Shown in pieces: positions 39,101-54,100 of a stretch of DNA of 64,000 bases. The notes beneath the pieces were generated by a model. The model made no database searches. It was not told the DNA's origin and was given only the letters and a program-made list of their open reading frames with translations. The first letter of the stretch is position 1. Each line of letters opens with the position of its first letter. Source of the DNA: Eledone cirrhosa (taxonomy: Eukaryota); the NCBI GenBank assembly GCA_964016885.1, contig OZ024741.1, forward strand, positions 408,704,001 to 408,768,000, in the 5' to 3' direction. Made by a program: the position numbers and the translations under genes.

Positions 39101-42100
39101 TATTTTAAAAGGGAGATTATTACCTATTTTAAAAGGAAGACTGTACCTATATTAAAAGGAAGACTGTGTACCTATTTTAAAAGGAAGATTGTGTACCCAT
39201 TTTAAAAGGAAGACTGTGTACCTATTTTAAAAGGAAGACTGTACCTATTTTAAAAGTAAGACTGTGTACCTATTTTAAAAGGGAGATTATTACCTATTTT
39301 AAAAGGAAGACTGTACCTATTTTAAAAGGAAGACTGTGTACCTATTTTAAAAGGAAGATTGTACCTATTTTAAAAGGACGACTGTACCTATTTTAAAAGG
39401 GAGACTGTGTACCTATTTTAAAAGGAAGACTGTACCTATTTTAAAAGGGAGACTGTGTACCTATTTTAAAAGGAAGAATGTACCTATTTTAAAAGGAAGA
39501 CTGTACCTATTTTAAAAGGAAGACTGTGTACCTATTTTAAAAGGAAGACTGTACCCATTTTAAAAGGGAGACTGTACCTATTTTAAAAGGAAGAGTGTGT
39601 ACCTATTTTAAAAGGAAGACTGTACCTATTTTAAATGGAAGCCTGTGTACCTATTTTAAAAGGAATATTGTACCTATTTTAAAAGGAAGATGTGAACCTA
39701 TTTTAAAACGGAGACTGTACCTATTTTAAAAGGGAGACTGTACCTATTTTAAAAGGAAGACTGTGTATCTATTTTAAAAGGGAGACTGTGTACTTATTTT
39801 AAAAGGAAGACTGTGTACCTATTTTAAGAGGAAAACTGTACCTATTTTAAAAGGGAGACTGTGTACCTATTTCAAAAGGAAGACTACCTATTTTAAAAGG
39901 GAAACTGTGTACCTATTTTAAAAAGGAGACTGTGTACCTATTTTAAAAGGAAGACTGTACCTATTTTAAAAGGGAGACTGTGTACCTATTTTAAAAGGAA
40001 GAATGTACCTATTTTAAAAGGAAGACTGTACCTATTTTAAAAGGACGACTGTGTACCTATTTTAAAAGGAAGACTGTACCTATTTTAAAAGGGAGACTGT
40101 ACCTATTTTAAAAGGAAGACTGTGTACCTATTTTAAAAGGAAGATTGTACCTATTTTAAAAGGAAGACTGTACCTATTTTAAAAGGAAGACTGTGTACCT
40201 ATTTTAAAAGGAAGACTGTACCTATTTTAAAAGGGAGACTGTGTACCTATTTTAAAAGGAAGAATGTACCTATTTTAAAAGGAAGACTGTACCTATTTTA
40301 AAAGGATGACTGTACCTATTTTAAAAGGAAGACTATGTACCTATTTTAAAAGGAAGCCTGTGTACCTATTTTAAAAGGAAGACAGTGTACCTATTTTAAA
40401 ATGAAGACTGTACCTATTTTAAAAGGGAGATGGTACCTATTTTAAAAGGAAGAGTGTGTACCTATTTTAAAAGGAAGACTGTACCTATTTTAAAAGGAAG
40501 CCTGTGTACCTATTTTAAAAGGAAGATTGTACCTATTTTAAAAGGAAGATGTGAACCTATTTTAAAACGGAGACTGTACCTATTTTAAAAGGGAGACTGT
40601 ACCTATTTTAAAAGGGAGACTGTGTACCTATTTTAAAAGGAAGACGGTGTACCTATTTTAAAAGGAAGACTGTACCTATTTTAAAAGGGAGACTGTACCT
40701 ATTTTAAAAGGGAGACTGTGTACCTATTTTAAAAGGAAGACCGTGTACCTATTTTAAAAGGGAGAGTGTACCTATTTTAAAAGGAAGACTGTACCTATTT
40801 TAAAAGGAAGACTGTGTACCTATTTTAAAAGGGAGACTGTACCTATTTTAAAAAGAACACTGTACCTATTTTAAAAGGAAGATTGTGTACCTATTTTAAA
40901 AGGAAGACTGTACCTATTTTAAAAGGAAGACTGTGTACCTATTTTAAAAGGGAGATTATTACCTATTTTAAAAGGAAGACTGTACCTATTTTAAAAGGAA
41001 GACTGTGTACCTATTTTAAAAGGAAGATTGTGTACCCATTTTAAAAGGAAGACTGTGTACCTATTTTAAAAGGAAGACTGTACCTATTTTAAAAGTAAGA
41101 CTGTGTATCTATTTTAAAAGGGAGATTATTACCTATTTTAAAAGGAAGACTGTACCTATTTTAAAAGGAAGACTGTGTACCTATTTTAAAAGGAAGATTG
41201 TACCTATTTTAAAAGGACGACTGTACCTATTTTAAAAGGGAGACTGTGTACCTATTTTAAAAGGAAGACTGTACCTATTTTAAAAGGGAGACTGTGTACC
41301 TATTTTAAAAGGAAGACCGTGTACCTATTTTAAAAGGGAGACTGTACCTATTTTAAAAGGAAGACTGTACCTATTTTAAAAGGAAGACTGTGTACCTATT
41401 TTAAAAGGGAGACTGTACCTATTTTAAAAAGAACACTGTACCTATTTTAAAAGGAAGATTGTGTACCTATTTTAAAAGGAAGACTGTGTACCTATTTTAA
41501 AAGGAAGACTGTACCTATTTTAAAAGGAAGACTGTGTACCTATTTTAAAAGGGAGATTATTACCTATTTTAAAAGGAAGACTGTACCTATTTTAAAAGGA
41601 AGACTGTGTACCTATTTTAAAAGGAAGATTGTACCTATTTTAAAAGGAAGACTGTACCTATTTTAAAAGGAAGACTGTGTACCTATTTTAAAAGGAAGAC
41701 TGTACCTATTTTAAAAGGGAGACTGTGTACCTATTTTAAATGGAAGAATGTACCTATTTTAAAAGGAAGACTGTACCTATTTTAAAAGGAAGACTGTACC
41801 TATTTTAAAAAGAAGACTGTGTACCTATTTTAAAAGGGAGACTGTACCTATTTAAAAAGGAACATTGTACCTATTTTAAAAGGAAGACTGTGTATCTATT
41901 TTAAAAGGAAGACTGTACCTATTTTAAAAGGGAGACTGTACCTATTTTAAAAGGAAGACTGTACCTATTTTAAAAGGAAGACTGTGTACCTATTTTAAAA
42001 GGGAGACTGTACCTATTTTAAAAAGAACACTGTACCTATTTTAAAAGGAAGATTGTGTACATATTTTAAAAGGAAGACTGTGTACCTATTTTAAAATGAA

Positions 42101-45100
42101 GACTGTACCTATTTTAAAAGGAAGACTGTGTACCTATTTTAAAAGGGAGATTATTACCTATTTTAAAAGGAAGACTGTACCTATATTAAAAGGAAGACTG
42201 TGTACCTATTTTAAAAGGAAGATTGTGTACCCATTTTAAAAGGAAGACTGTGTACCTATTTTAAAAGGAAGACTGTACCTATTTTAAAAGTAAGACTGTG
42301 TACCTATTTTAAAAGGGAGATTATTACCTATTTTAAAAGGAAGACTGTACCTATTTTAAAAGGAAGACTGTGTACCTATTTTAAAAGGAAGATTGTACCT
42401 ATTTTAAAAAGAAGACTGTACCTATTTTAAAAGGGAGACTGTACCTATTTTAAAAGGAAGAGTGTGTACCTATTTTAAAAGGAAGACTGTACCTATTTTA
42501 AAAGGAAGCCTGTGTACCTATTTTAAAAGGAAGATTGTACCTATTTTAAAAGGAAGATGTGAACCTATTTTAAAACGGAGACTGTACCTATTTTAAAAGG
42601 GAGACTGTACCTATTTTAAAAGGAAGACTGTGTATCTATTTTAAAAGGGAGACTGTGTACTTATTTTAAAAGGAAGACTGTGTACCTATTTTAAGAGGAA
42701 AACTGTACCTATTTTAAAAGGGAGACTGTGTACCTATTTCAAAAGGAAGACTACCTATTTTAAAAGGGAAACTGTGTACCTATTTTAAAAAGGAGACTGT
42801 GTACCTATTTTAAAAGGAAGACTGTACCTATTTTAAAAGGGAGACTGTGTACCTATTTTAAAAGGAAGAATGTACCTATTTTAAAAGGAAGACTGTACCT
42901 ATTTTAAAAGGGAGACTGTGTACCTATTTTAAAAGGAAGACTGTACCTATTTTAAAAGGGAGACTGTACCTATTTTAAAAGGAAGACTGTGTACCTATTT
43001 TAAAAGGAAGATTGTACCTATTTTAAAAGGAAGACTGTACCTATTTTAAAAGGAAGACTGTGTACCTATTTTAAAGGAGACTGTGTACCTATTTTAAAAG
43101 GAAGACTGTACCTATTTTAAAAGGGAGACTGTGTACCTATTTTAAAAGGAAGAATGTACCTATTTTAAAAGGAAGACTGTACCTATTTTAAAAGGAAGAC
43201 TGTGTACCTATTTTAAAAGGAAGACTGTACCTATTTTAAAAGGGAGACTGTACCTATTTTAAAAGGAAGACTGTGTACCTATTTTAAAAGGAAGATTGTA
43301 CCTATTTTAAAAGGAAGACTGTACCTATTTTAAAAGGAAGACTGTGTACCTATTTTAAAAGGAAGACTGTACCTATTTTAAAAGGGAGACTGTGTACCTA
43401 TTTTAAAAGGAAGAATGTACCTATTTTAAAAGGAAGACTGTACCTATTTTAAAAGGATGACTGTACCTATTTTAAAAGGAAGACTGTGTACCTATTTTAA
43501 AAGGAAGCCTGTGTACCTATTTTAAAAGGAAGACAGTGTACCTATTTTAAAATGAAGACTGTACCTATTTTAAAAGGGAGATGGTACCTATTTTAAAAGG
43601 AAGAGTGTGTACCTATTTTAAAAGGAAGACTGTACCTATTTTAAAAGGAAGCCTGTGTACCTATTTTAAAAGGAAGATTGTACCTATTTTAAAAGGAAGA
43701 TGTGAACCTATTTTAAAACGGAGACTGTACCTATTTTAAAAGGGAGACTGTACCTATTTTAAAAGGGAGACTGTGTACCTATTTTAAAAGGAAGACGGTG
43801 TACCTATTTTAAAAGGAAGACTGTACCTATTTTAAAAGGGAGACTGTCCCTATTTTAAAAGGGAGACTGTGTACCTATTTTAAAAGGAAGACCGTGTACC
43901 TATTTTAAAAGGGAGACTGTACCTATTTTAAAAGGAAGACTGTACCTATTTTAAAAGGAAGACTGTGTACCTATTTTAAAAGGGAGACTGTACCTATTTT
44001 AAAAAGAACACTGTACCTATTTTAAAAGGAAGATTGTGTACCTATTTTAAAAGGAAGACTGTACCTATTTTAAAAGGAAGACTGTGTACCTATTTTAAAA
44101 GGGAGATTATTACCTATTTTAAAAGGAAGACTGTACCTATATTAAAAGGAAGACTGTGTACCTATTTTAAAAGGAAGATTGTGTACCCATTTTAAAAGGA
44201 AGACTGTGTACCTATTTTAAAAGGAAGACTGTACCTATTTTAAAAGTAAGACTGTGTATCTATTTTAAAAGGGAGATTATTACCTATTTTAAAAGGAAGA
44301 CTGTACCTATTTTAAAAGGAAGACTGTGTACCTATTTTAAAAGGAAGATTGTACCTATTTTAAAAGGACGACTGTACCTATTTTAAAAGGGAGACTGTGT
44401 ACCTATTTTAAAAGGAAGTCTGTACCTATTTTAAAAGGGAGACTGTGTACCTATTTTAAAAGGAAGAATGTACCTATTTTAAAAGGGAGACTGTGTACCT
44501 ATTTTAAAAGGAAGACTGTGTACCTATTTTAAAAGGAAGACTGTACCTATTTTAAAAGGGAGACTGTACCTATTTTAAAAGGAAGAGTGTGTACCTATTT
44601 TAAAAGGAAGACTGTACCTATTTTAAAAGGAAGCCTGTGTACCTATTTTAAAAGGAAGATTGTACCTATTTTAAAAGGAAGATGTGAACCTATTTTAAAA
44701 CGGAGACTGTACCTATTTTAAAAGGGAGACTGTACCTATTTTAAAAGGAAGACTGTGTATCTATTTTAAAAGGGAAACTGTGTACCTATTTTAAAAAGGA
44801 GACTGTGTACCTATTTTAAAAGGAAGACTGTACCTATTTTAAAAGGGAGACTGTGTACCTATTTTAAAAGGAAGAATGTACCTATTTTAAAAGGAAGACT
44901 GTACCTATTTTAAAAGGAAGACTGTGTACCTATTTTAAAAGGAAGACTGTACTTATTTTAAAAGGAAGACTGTGTACCTATTTTAAAAGGAAGATTGTAC
45001 CTATTTTAAAAGGAAGACTGTACCTATTTTAAAAGGAAGACTGTGTACCTATTTTAAAAGGAAGACTGTACCTATTTTAAAAGGGAGACTGTGTACCTAT

Positions 45101-48100
45101 TTTAAAAGGAAGAATGTACCTATTTTAAAAGGAAGACTGTACCTATTTTAAAAGGAAGACTGTACCTATTTTAAAAAGAAGACTGTGTACCTATTTTAAA
45201 AGGGAGACTGTACCTATTTTAAAAGGAAGATGTGAACCTATTTTAAAACGGAGACTGTACCTATTTTAAAAGGGAGACTGTACCTATTTTAAAAGGAAGA
45301 CTGTGTACCTATTTTAAAAGGAAGACCGTGTACCTATTTTAAAAGGGAGACTGTACCTATTTTAAAAGGAAGACTGTACCTATTTTAAAAGGAAGACTGT
45401 GTACCTATTTTAAAAGGGAGACTGTACCTATTTTAAAAAGAACACTGTACCTATTTTAAAAGGAAGATTGTGTACCTATTTTAAAAGGAAGACTGTGTAC
45501 CTATTTTAAAAGGAAGACTGTACCTATTTTAAAAGGAAGACTGTGTACCTATTTTAAAAGGGAGATTATTACCTATTTTAAAAGGAAGACTGTACCTATT
45601 TTAAAAGGAAGACTGTGTACCTATTTTAAAAGGAAGATTGTACCTATTTTAAAAGGAAGACTGTACCTATTTTAAAAGGAAGACTGTGTACCTATTTTAA
45701 AAGGAAGACTGTACCTATTTTAAAAGGGAGACTGTGTACCTATTTTAAATGGAAGAATGTACCTATTTTAAAAGGAAGACTGTACCTATTTTAAAAGGAA
45801 GACTGTACCTATTTTAAAAAGAAGACTGTGTACCTATTTTAAAAGGGAGACTGTACCTATTTAAAAAGGAACATTGTACCTATTTTAAAAGGAAGACTGT
45901 GTATCTATTTTAAAAGGAAGACTGTACCTATTTTAAAAGGGAGACTGTACCTATTTTAAAAGGAAGACTGTACCTATTTTAAAAGGAAGATTGTGTACCT
46001 ATTTTAAAAGGAAGATTGTGTACCTATTTTAAAAGGAAGACTGTACCTATTTTAAAAGGAAGACTGTGTACCTATTTTAAAAGGGAGATTATTACCTATT
46101 TTAAAAGGAAGACTGTACCTATTTTAAAAGGAAGACTGTGTACCTATTTTAAAAGGAAGATTGTGTACCTATTTTAAAAGGAAGACTGTGTACCTATTTT
46201 AAAAGGAAGACTGTACCTATTTTAAAAGTAAGACTGTGTACCTATTTTAAAAGGGAGATTATTACCTATTTTAAAAGGAAGACTGTACCTATTTTAAAAG
46301 GTAGACTGTGTACCTATTTTAAAAGGAAGATTGTACCTATTTTAAAAGGACGACTGTACCTATTTTAAAAGGAAGACTGTTATACCTATTTTAAAAGGAA
46401 GACTGTACCTATTTTAAAAGGGAGATTGTGTACCTATTTTAAAAGGAAGAATGTACCTATTTTAAAAGGAAGACTGTACCTATTTTAAAAGGAAGACTGT
46501 ACCTATTTTAAAAAGAAGACTGTGTACCTATTTTAAAAGGGAGACTGTACCTATTTAAAAAGGAACATTGTACCTATTTTAAAAGGAAGACTGTGTACCT
46601 ATTTTAAAAGGAAGACTGTACCTATTTTAAAAGGGAGACTGTACCTATTTTAAAAGGAAGAGTGTGTACCTATTTTAAAAGGAAGACTGTACCTATTTTA
46701 AAAGGAAGCCTGTGTACCTATTTTAAAAGGAAGATTGTACCTATTTTAAAAGGAAGATGTGAACCTATTTTAAAACGGAGACTGTTCCTATTTTAATAGG
46801 GAGACTGTACCTATTTTAAAAGGAAGACTGTGTATCTATTTTAAAAGGGAGACTGTGTACTTATTTTAAAAGGAAGACTGCGTACCTATTTTAAGAGGAA
46901 AACTGTACCTATTTTAAAAGGGAGACTGTGTACCTATTTCAAAAGGAAGACTGTACCTATTTTAAAAGGGAAACTGTGTACCTATTTTAAAAGGGAGACT
47001 GTGTACCTATTTTAAAAGGAAGACTTTACCTATTTTAAAAGGGAGACTGTGTACCTATTTTAAAAGGGAGACTGTGTACCTATTTTAAAAGGGAGATTAT
47101 TACCTATTTTAAAAGGAAGAGTGTACCTATTTTAAAAGGAAGCCTGTGTACCTATTTTAAAAGGAAGATTGTACCTATTTTAAAAGGAAGATGTGAACCT
47201 ATTTTAAAACGGAGACTGTACCTATTTTAAAAGGAAGATTGTACCTATTTTAAAAGGAAACTGTGTACCTATTTTAAAAGGGAGACTGTGTACCTATTTT
47301 AAAAGGAAGACTGTACCTATTTTAAAAGGGAGACTGTGTACCTATTTTAAAAGGAAGAATGTACCTATTTTAAAAGGAAGACTGTACCTATTTTAAAAGG
47401 AAGACTGTGTACCTATTTTAAAAGGAAGACTGTACCTATTTTAAAAGGGAGACTGTACCTATTTTAAAAGGAAGACTGTGTACCTATTTTAAAAGGAAGA
47501 TTGTACCTATTTTAAAAGGAAGACTGTACCTATTTTAAAAGGAAGACTGTGTACCTATTTTAAAAGGAAGACTGTACCTATTTTAAAAGGGAGACTGTGT
47601 ACCTATTTTAAAAGGAAGAATGTACCTATTTTAAAAGGAAGACTGTACCTATTTTAAAAGGAAGACTGTACCTATTTTAAAAAGAAGACTGTGTACCTAT
47701 TTTAAAAGGGAGACTGTACCTATTTTAAAAGGAAGATGTGAATCTATTTTAAAACGGAGACTGTACCTATTTTAAAAGGGAGACTGTACCTATTTTAAAA
47801 GGAAGACTGTGTACCTATTTTAAAAGGAAGACCGTGTACCTATTTTAAAAGGGAGACTACCTATTTTAAAAGGAAGACTGTACCTATTTTAAAAGGAAGA
47901 CTGTGTACCTATTTTAAAAGGGAGACTGTACCTATTTTAAAAAGAACACTGTACCTATTTTAAAAGGAAGATTGTGTACCTATTTTAAAAGGAAGACTGT
48001 GTACCTATTTTAAAAGGAAGACTGTACCTATTTTAAAAGGAAGACTGTGTACCTATTTTAAAAGGGAGATTATTACCTATTTTAAAAGGAAGACTGTACC

Positions 48101-51100
48101 TATTTTAAAAAGAAGACTGTGTACCTATTTTAAAAGGAAGATTGTACCTATTTTAAAAGGAAGACTGTACCTATTTTAAAAGGAAGACTGTGTACCTATT
48201 TTAAAAGGAAGACTGTACCTATTTTAAAAGGGAGACTGTGTACCTATTTTAAATGGAAGAATGTACCTATTTTAAAAGGAAGACTGTACCTATTTTAAAA
48301 GGAAGACTGTACCTATTTAAAAAGAAGACTGTGTACCTATTTTAAAAGGGAGACTGTACCTATTTAAAAAGGAACATTGTACCTATTTTAAAAGGAAGAC
48401 TGTGTATCTATTTTAAAAGGAAGACTGTACCTATTTTAAAAGGGAGACTGTACCTATTTTAAAAGGAAGACTGTACCTATTTTAAAAGGAAGATTGTGTA
48501 CCTATTTTAAAAGGAAGACTGTGTACCTATTTTAAAAGGAAGACTGTACCTATTTTAAAAGGAAGACTGTGTACCTATTTTAAAAGGGAGATTATTACCT
48601 ATTTTAAAAGGAAGACTGTACCTATTTTAAAAGGAAGACTGTGTACCTATTTTAAAAGGAAGATTGTGTACCTATTTTAAAAGGAAGACTGTGTACCTAT
48701 TTTAAAAGGAAGACTGTACCTATTTTAAAAGTAAGACTGTGTACCTATTTTAAAAGGGAGATTATTACCTATTTTAAAAGGAAGACTGTACCTATTTTAA
48801 AAGGTAGACTGTGTACCTATTTTAAAAGGAAGATTGTACCTATTTTAAAAGGACGACTGTACCTATTTTAAAAGGAAGACTGTTATACCTATTTTAAAAG
48901 GAAGACTGTACCTATTTTAAAAGGGAGATTGTGTACCTATTTTAAAAGGAAGAATGTACCTATTTTAAAAGGAAGACTGTACCTATTTTAAAAGGAAGAC
49001 TGTACCTATTTTAAAAAGAAGACTGTGTACCTATTTTAAAAGGGAGACTGTACCTATTTAAAAAGGAACATTGTACCTATTTTAAAAGGAAGACTGTGTA
49101 CCTATTTTAAAAGGAAGACTGTACCTATTTTAAAAGGGAGACTCTACCTATTTTAAAAGGAAGAGTGTGTACCTATTTTAAAAGGAAGACTGTACCTATT
49201 TTAAAAGGAAGCCTGTGTACCTATTTTAAAAGGAAGATTGTACCTATTTTAAAAGGAAGATGTGAACCTATTTTAAAACGGAGACTGTACCTATTTTAAT
49301 AGGGAGACTGTACCTATTTTAAAAGGAAGACTGTGTATCTATTTTAAAAGGGAGACTGTGTACTTATTTTAAAAGGAAGACTGCGTACCTATTTTAAGAG
49401 GAAAACTGTACCTATTTTAAAAGGGAGACTGTGTACCTATTTCAAAAGGAAGACTGTACCTATTTTAAAAGGGAAACTGTGTACCTATTTTAAAAGGGAG
49501 ACTGTGTACCTATTTTAAAAGGAAGACTGTACCTATTTTAAAAGGGAGACTGTGTACCTATTTTAAAAGGGAGACTGTGTACCTATTTTAAAAGGGAGAT
49601 TATTACCTATTTTAAAAGGAAGACTGTACCTATTTTAAAAGGAAGCCTGTGTACCTATTTTAAAAGGAAGATTGTACCTATTTTAAAAGGAAGATGTGAA
49701 CCTATTTTAAAACGGAGACTGTACCTATTTTAAAAGGAAGATTGTACCTATTTTAAAAGGAAACTGTGTACCTATTTTAAAAGGGAGACTGTGTACCTAT
49801 TTTAAAAGGAAGACTGTACCTATTTTAAAAGGGAGACTGTGTACCTATTTTAAAAGGGAGATTATTACATATTTTAAAAGGAAGACTGTACCTATTTTAA
49901 AAGGAAGACTGTGTACCTATTTTAAAAGGGAGATTATTACCTATTTTAAAAGGAAGACTGTACCTATTTTAAAAGGGAGACTGTGTACCTATTTTAAAAG
50001 GGAGATTATTACCTATTTTAAAAGGAAGACTGTACCTATTTTAAAAGGAAGACTGTGTACCTATTTTAAAAGGAAGATTGTACCTATTTTAAAAGGAAGA
50101 CTGTACCTATTTTAAAAGGAAGACTGTGTACCTATTTTAAAAGGAAGACTGTACCTATCTTAAAAGGGAGACTGTGTACCTATTTTAAAAGGAAGAATGT
50201 ACCTATTTTAAAAGGAAGACTGTACCTATTTTAAAAGGAAGACTGTACCTATTTTAAAAAGAAGACTGTGTACCTATTTTAAAAGGGAGACTGTACCTAT
50301 TTTAAAAGGAAGATGTGAACCTATTTTAAAAGGGAGACTGTACCTATTTTAAAAGGGAGACTGTACCTATTTTAAAAGGAAGACTGTGTACCTATTTTAA
50401 AAGGAAGACCGTGTACCTATTTTAAAAGGGAGACTGTACCTATTTTAAAAGGAAGACTGTACCTATTTTAAAAGGAAGACTGTGTACCTATTTTAAAAGG
50501 GAGACTGTACCTATTTTAAAAAGAACACTGTACCTATTTTAAAAGGAAGATTGTGTACCTATTTTAAATGGAAGACTGTGTACCTATTTTAAAAGGAAGA
50601 CTGTACCTATTTTAAAAGGAAGACTGTGTACCTATTTTAAAAGGGAGATTATTACCTATTTTAAAAGGAAGACTGTACCTATTTTAAAAGGAAGACTGTG
50701 TACCTATTTTAAAAGGAAGATTGTACCTATTTTAAAAGGAAGCCTGTGTACCTATTTTAAAAGGAAGATTGTACCTATTTTAAAAGGAAGATGTGAACCT
50801 ATTTTAAAACGGAGACTGTACCTATTTTAAAAGGGAGACTGTACCTATTTTAAAAGGAAGACTGTGTATCTATTTTAAAAGGGAGACTGTGTACTTATTT
50901 TAAAAGGAAGACTGTGTACCTATTTTAAGAGGAAAACTGTACCTATTTTAAAAGGGAGACTGTGTACCTATTGCAAAAGGAAGACTGTACCTATTTTAAA
51001 AGGGAAACTGTGTACCTATTTTAAAAGGGAGACAGTGTACCTATTTTAAAAGGAAGACTGTACCTATTTTAAAAGGGAGACTGTGTACCTATTTTAAAAG

Positions 51101-54100
51101 GGACACTGTGTACCTATTTTAAAAGGGAGATTATTACCTATTTTAAAAGGAAGACTGTACCTATTTTAAAAGGAAGACTGTGTACCTATTTTAAAAGGAA
51201 GATTGTACCTATTTTAAAAGGAAGACTGTACCTATTTTAAAAGGAAGACTGTGTACCTATTTTAAAAGGAAGACTGTACCTATTTTAAAAGGGAGACTGT
51301 GTACCTATTTTAAAAGGAAGAATGTACCTATTTTAAAAGGAAGACTGTACCTATTTTAAAAGGAAGACTGTACCTATTTTAAAAAGAAGACTGTGTACCT
51401 ATTTTAAAAGGGAGACTGTACCTATTTTAAAAGGAAGATGTGAACCTATTTTAAAACGGAGACTGTACCTATTTTAAAAAGGAGACTGTACCTATTTTAA
51501 AAGGAAGACTGTGTACCTATTTAAAAAGGAAGACCGTGTACCTATTTTAAAAGGGAGACTGTACCTATTTTAAAAGGAAGACTGTACGTATTTTAAAAGG
51601 AAGACTGTGTACCTATTTTAAAAGGGAGACTGTACCTATTTTAAAAAGAACACTGTACCTATTTTAAAAGGAAGATTGTGTACCTATTTTAAATGGAAGA
51701 CTGTGTACCTATTTTAAAAGGAAGACTGTACCTATTTTAAAAGGAAGACTGTGTACCTATTTTAAAAGGGAGATTATTACCTATTTTAAAAGGAAGACTG
51801 TACCTATTTTAAAAGGAAGACTGTGTACCTATTTTAAAAGGAAGATTGTACCTATTTTAAAAGGAAGACTGTACCTATTTTAAAAGGGAGACTGTGTACC
51901 TATTTTAAATGGAAGAATGTACCTATTTTAAAAGGAAGACTGTACCTATTTTAAAAGGAAGACTGTACCTATTTTAAAAAGAAGACTGTGTACCTATTTT
52001 AAAAGGGAGACTGTACCTATTTAAAAAGGAACATTGTACCTATTTTAAAAGGAAGACTGTGTATCTATTTTAAAAGGAAGACTGTACCTATTTTAAAAGG
52101 GAGACTGTACCTATTTTAAAAGGAAGACTGTACCTATTTTAAAAGGAAGATTGTGTACCTATTTTAAAAGGAAGACTGTGTACCTATTTTAAAAGGAAGA
52201 CTGTACCTATTTTAAAAGGAAGACTGTGTACCTATTTTAAAAGGGAGATTATTACCTATTTTAAAAGGAAGACTGTACCTATTTTAAAAGGAAGACTGTG
52301 TACCTATTTTAAAAGGAAGATTGTGTACCTATTTTAAAAGGAAGACTGTGTACCTATTTTAAAAGGAAGACTGTACCTATTTTAAAAGTAAGACTGTGTA
52401 CCTATTTTAAAAGGGAGATTATTACCTATTTTAAAAGGAAGACTGTACCTATTTTAAAAGGGAGACTGTGTACCTATTTTAAAAGGAAGATTGTACCTAT
52501 TTTAAAAGGACGACTGTACCTATTTTAAAAGGAAGACTGTTATACCTATTTTAAAAGGAAGACTGTACCTATTTTAAAAGGAAGCCTGTGTACCTATTTT
52601 AAAAGGAAGATTGTACCTATTTTAAAAGGAAGATGTGAACCTATTTTAAAACGGAGACTGTACCTATTTTAATAGGGAGACTGTACCTATTTTAAAAGGA
52701 AGACTGTGTATCTATTTTAAAAGGGAGACTGTGTACTTATTTTAAAAGGAAGACTGCGTACCTATTTTAAGAGGAAAACTGTACCTATTTTAAAAGGGAG
52801 ACTGTGTACCTATTTCAAAAGGAAGACTGTACCTATTTTAAAAGGGAAACTGTGTACCTATTTTAAAAGGGAGACTGTGTACCTATTTTAAAAGGAAGAC
52901 TGTACCTATTTTAAAAGGGAGACTGTGTACCTATTTTAAAAGGGAGACTGTGTACCTATTTTAAAAGGGAGATTATTACCTATTTTAAATGGAAGACTGT
53001 ACCTATTTTAAAAGGAAGCCTGTGTACCTATTTTAAAAGGAAGATTGTACCTATTTTAAAAGGAAGATGTGAACCTATTGTAAAACGGAGACTGTACCTA
53101 TTTTAAAAGGAAGATTGTACCTATTTTAAAAGGAAACTGTGTACCTATTTTAAAAGGGAGACTGTGTACCTATTTTAAAAGGAAGACTGTACCTATTTTA
53201 AAAGGGAGACTGTGTACCTATTTTAAAAGGGAGATTATTACCTATTTTAAAAGGAAGACTGTACCTATTTTAAAAGGAAGACTGTGTACCTATTTTAAAA
53301 GGGAGATTATTACCTATTTTAAAAGGAAGGCTGTACCTATTTTAAAAGGAAGACTGTGTACCTATTTTAAAAGGGAGATTATTACCTATTTTAAAAGGAA
53401 GACTGTACCTATTTTAAAAGGGAGACTGTGTACCTATTTTAAAAGGGAGATTATTACCTATTTTAAAAGGAAGACTGTACCTATTTTAAAAGGAAGACTG
53501 TGTACCTATTTTAAAAGGAAGATTGTACCTATTTTAAAAGGAAGACTGTACCTATTTTAAAAGGAAGACTGTGTACCTATTTTAAAAGGAAGACTGTACC
53601 TATTTTAAAAGGGAGACTGTGTACCTATTTTAAAAGGAAGAATGTACCTATTTTAAAAGGAAGACTGTACCTATTTTAAAAGGAAGACTGTACCTATTTT
53701 AAAAAGAAGACTGTGTACCTATTTTAAAAGGGAGACTGTACCTATTTTAAAAGGAAGATGTGAACCTATTTTAAAACGGAGACTGTACCTATTTTAAAAG
53801 GGAGACTGTACCTATTTTAAAAGGAAGACTGTGTACCTATTTTAAAAGGAAGACCGTGTACCTATTTTAAAAGGGAGACTGTACCTATTTTAAAAGGAAG
53901 ACTGTACCTATTTTAAAAGGAAGACTGTGTACCTATGTTAAAAGGGAGACTGTACCTATTTTAAAAAGAACACTGTACCTATTTTAAAAGGAAGATTGTG
54001 TACCTAATTTAAATGGAAGACTGTGTACCTATTTTAAAAGGAAGACTGTACCTATTTTAAAAGGAAGACTGTGTACCTATTTTAAAAGGGAGATTATTAC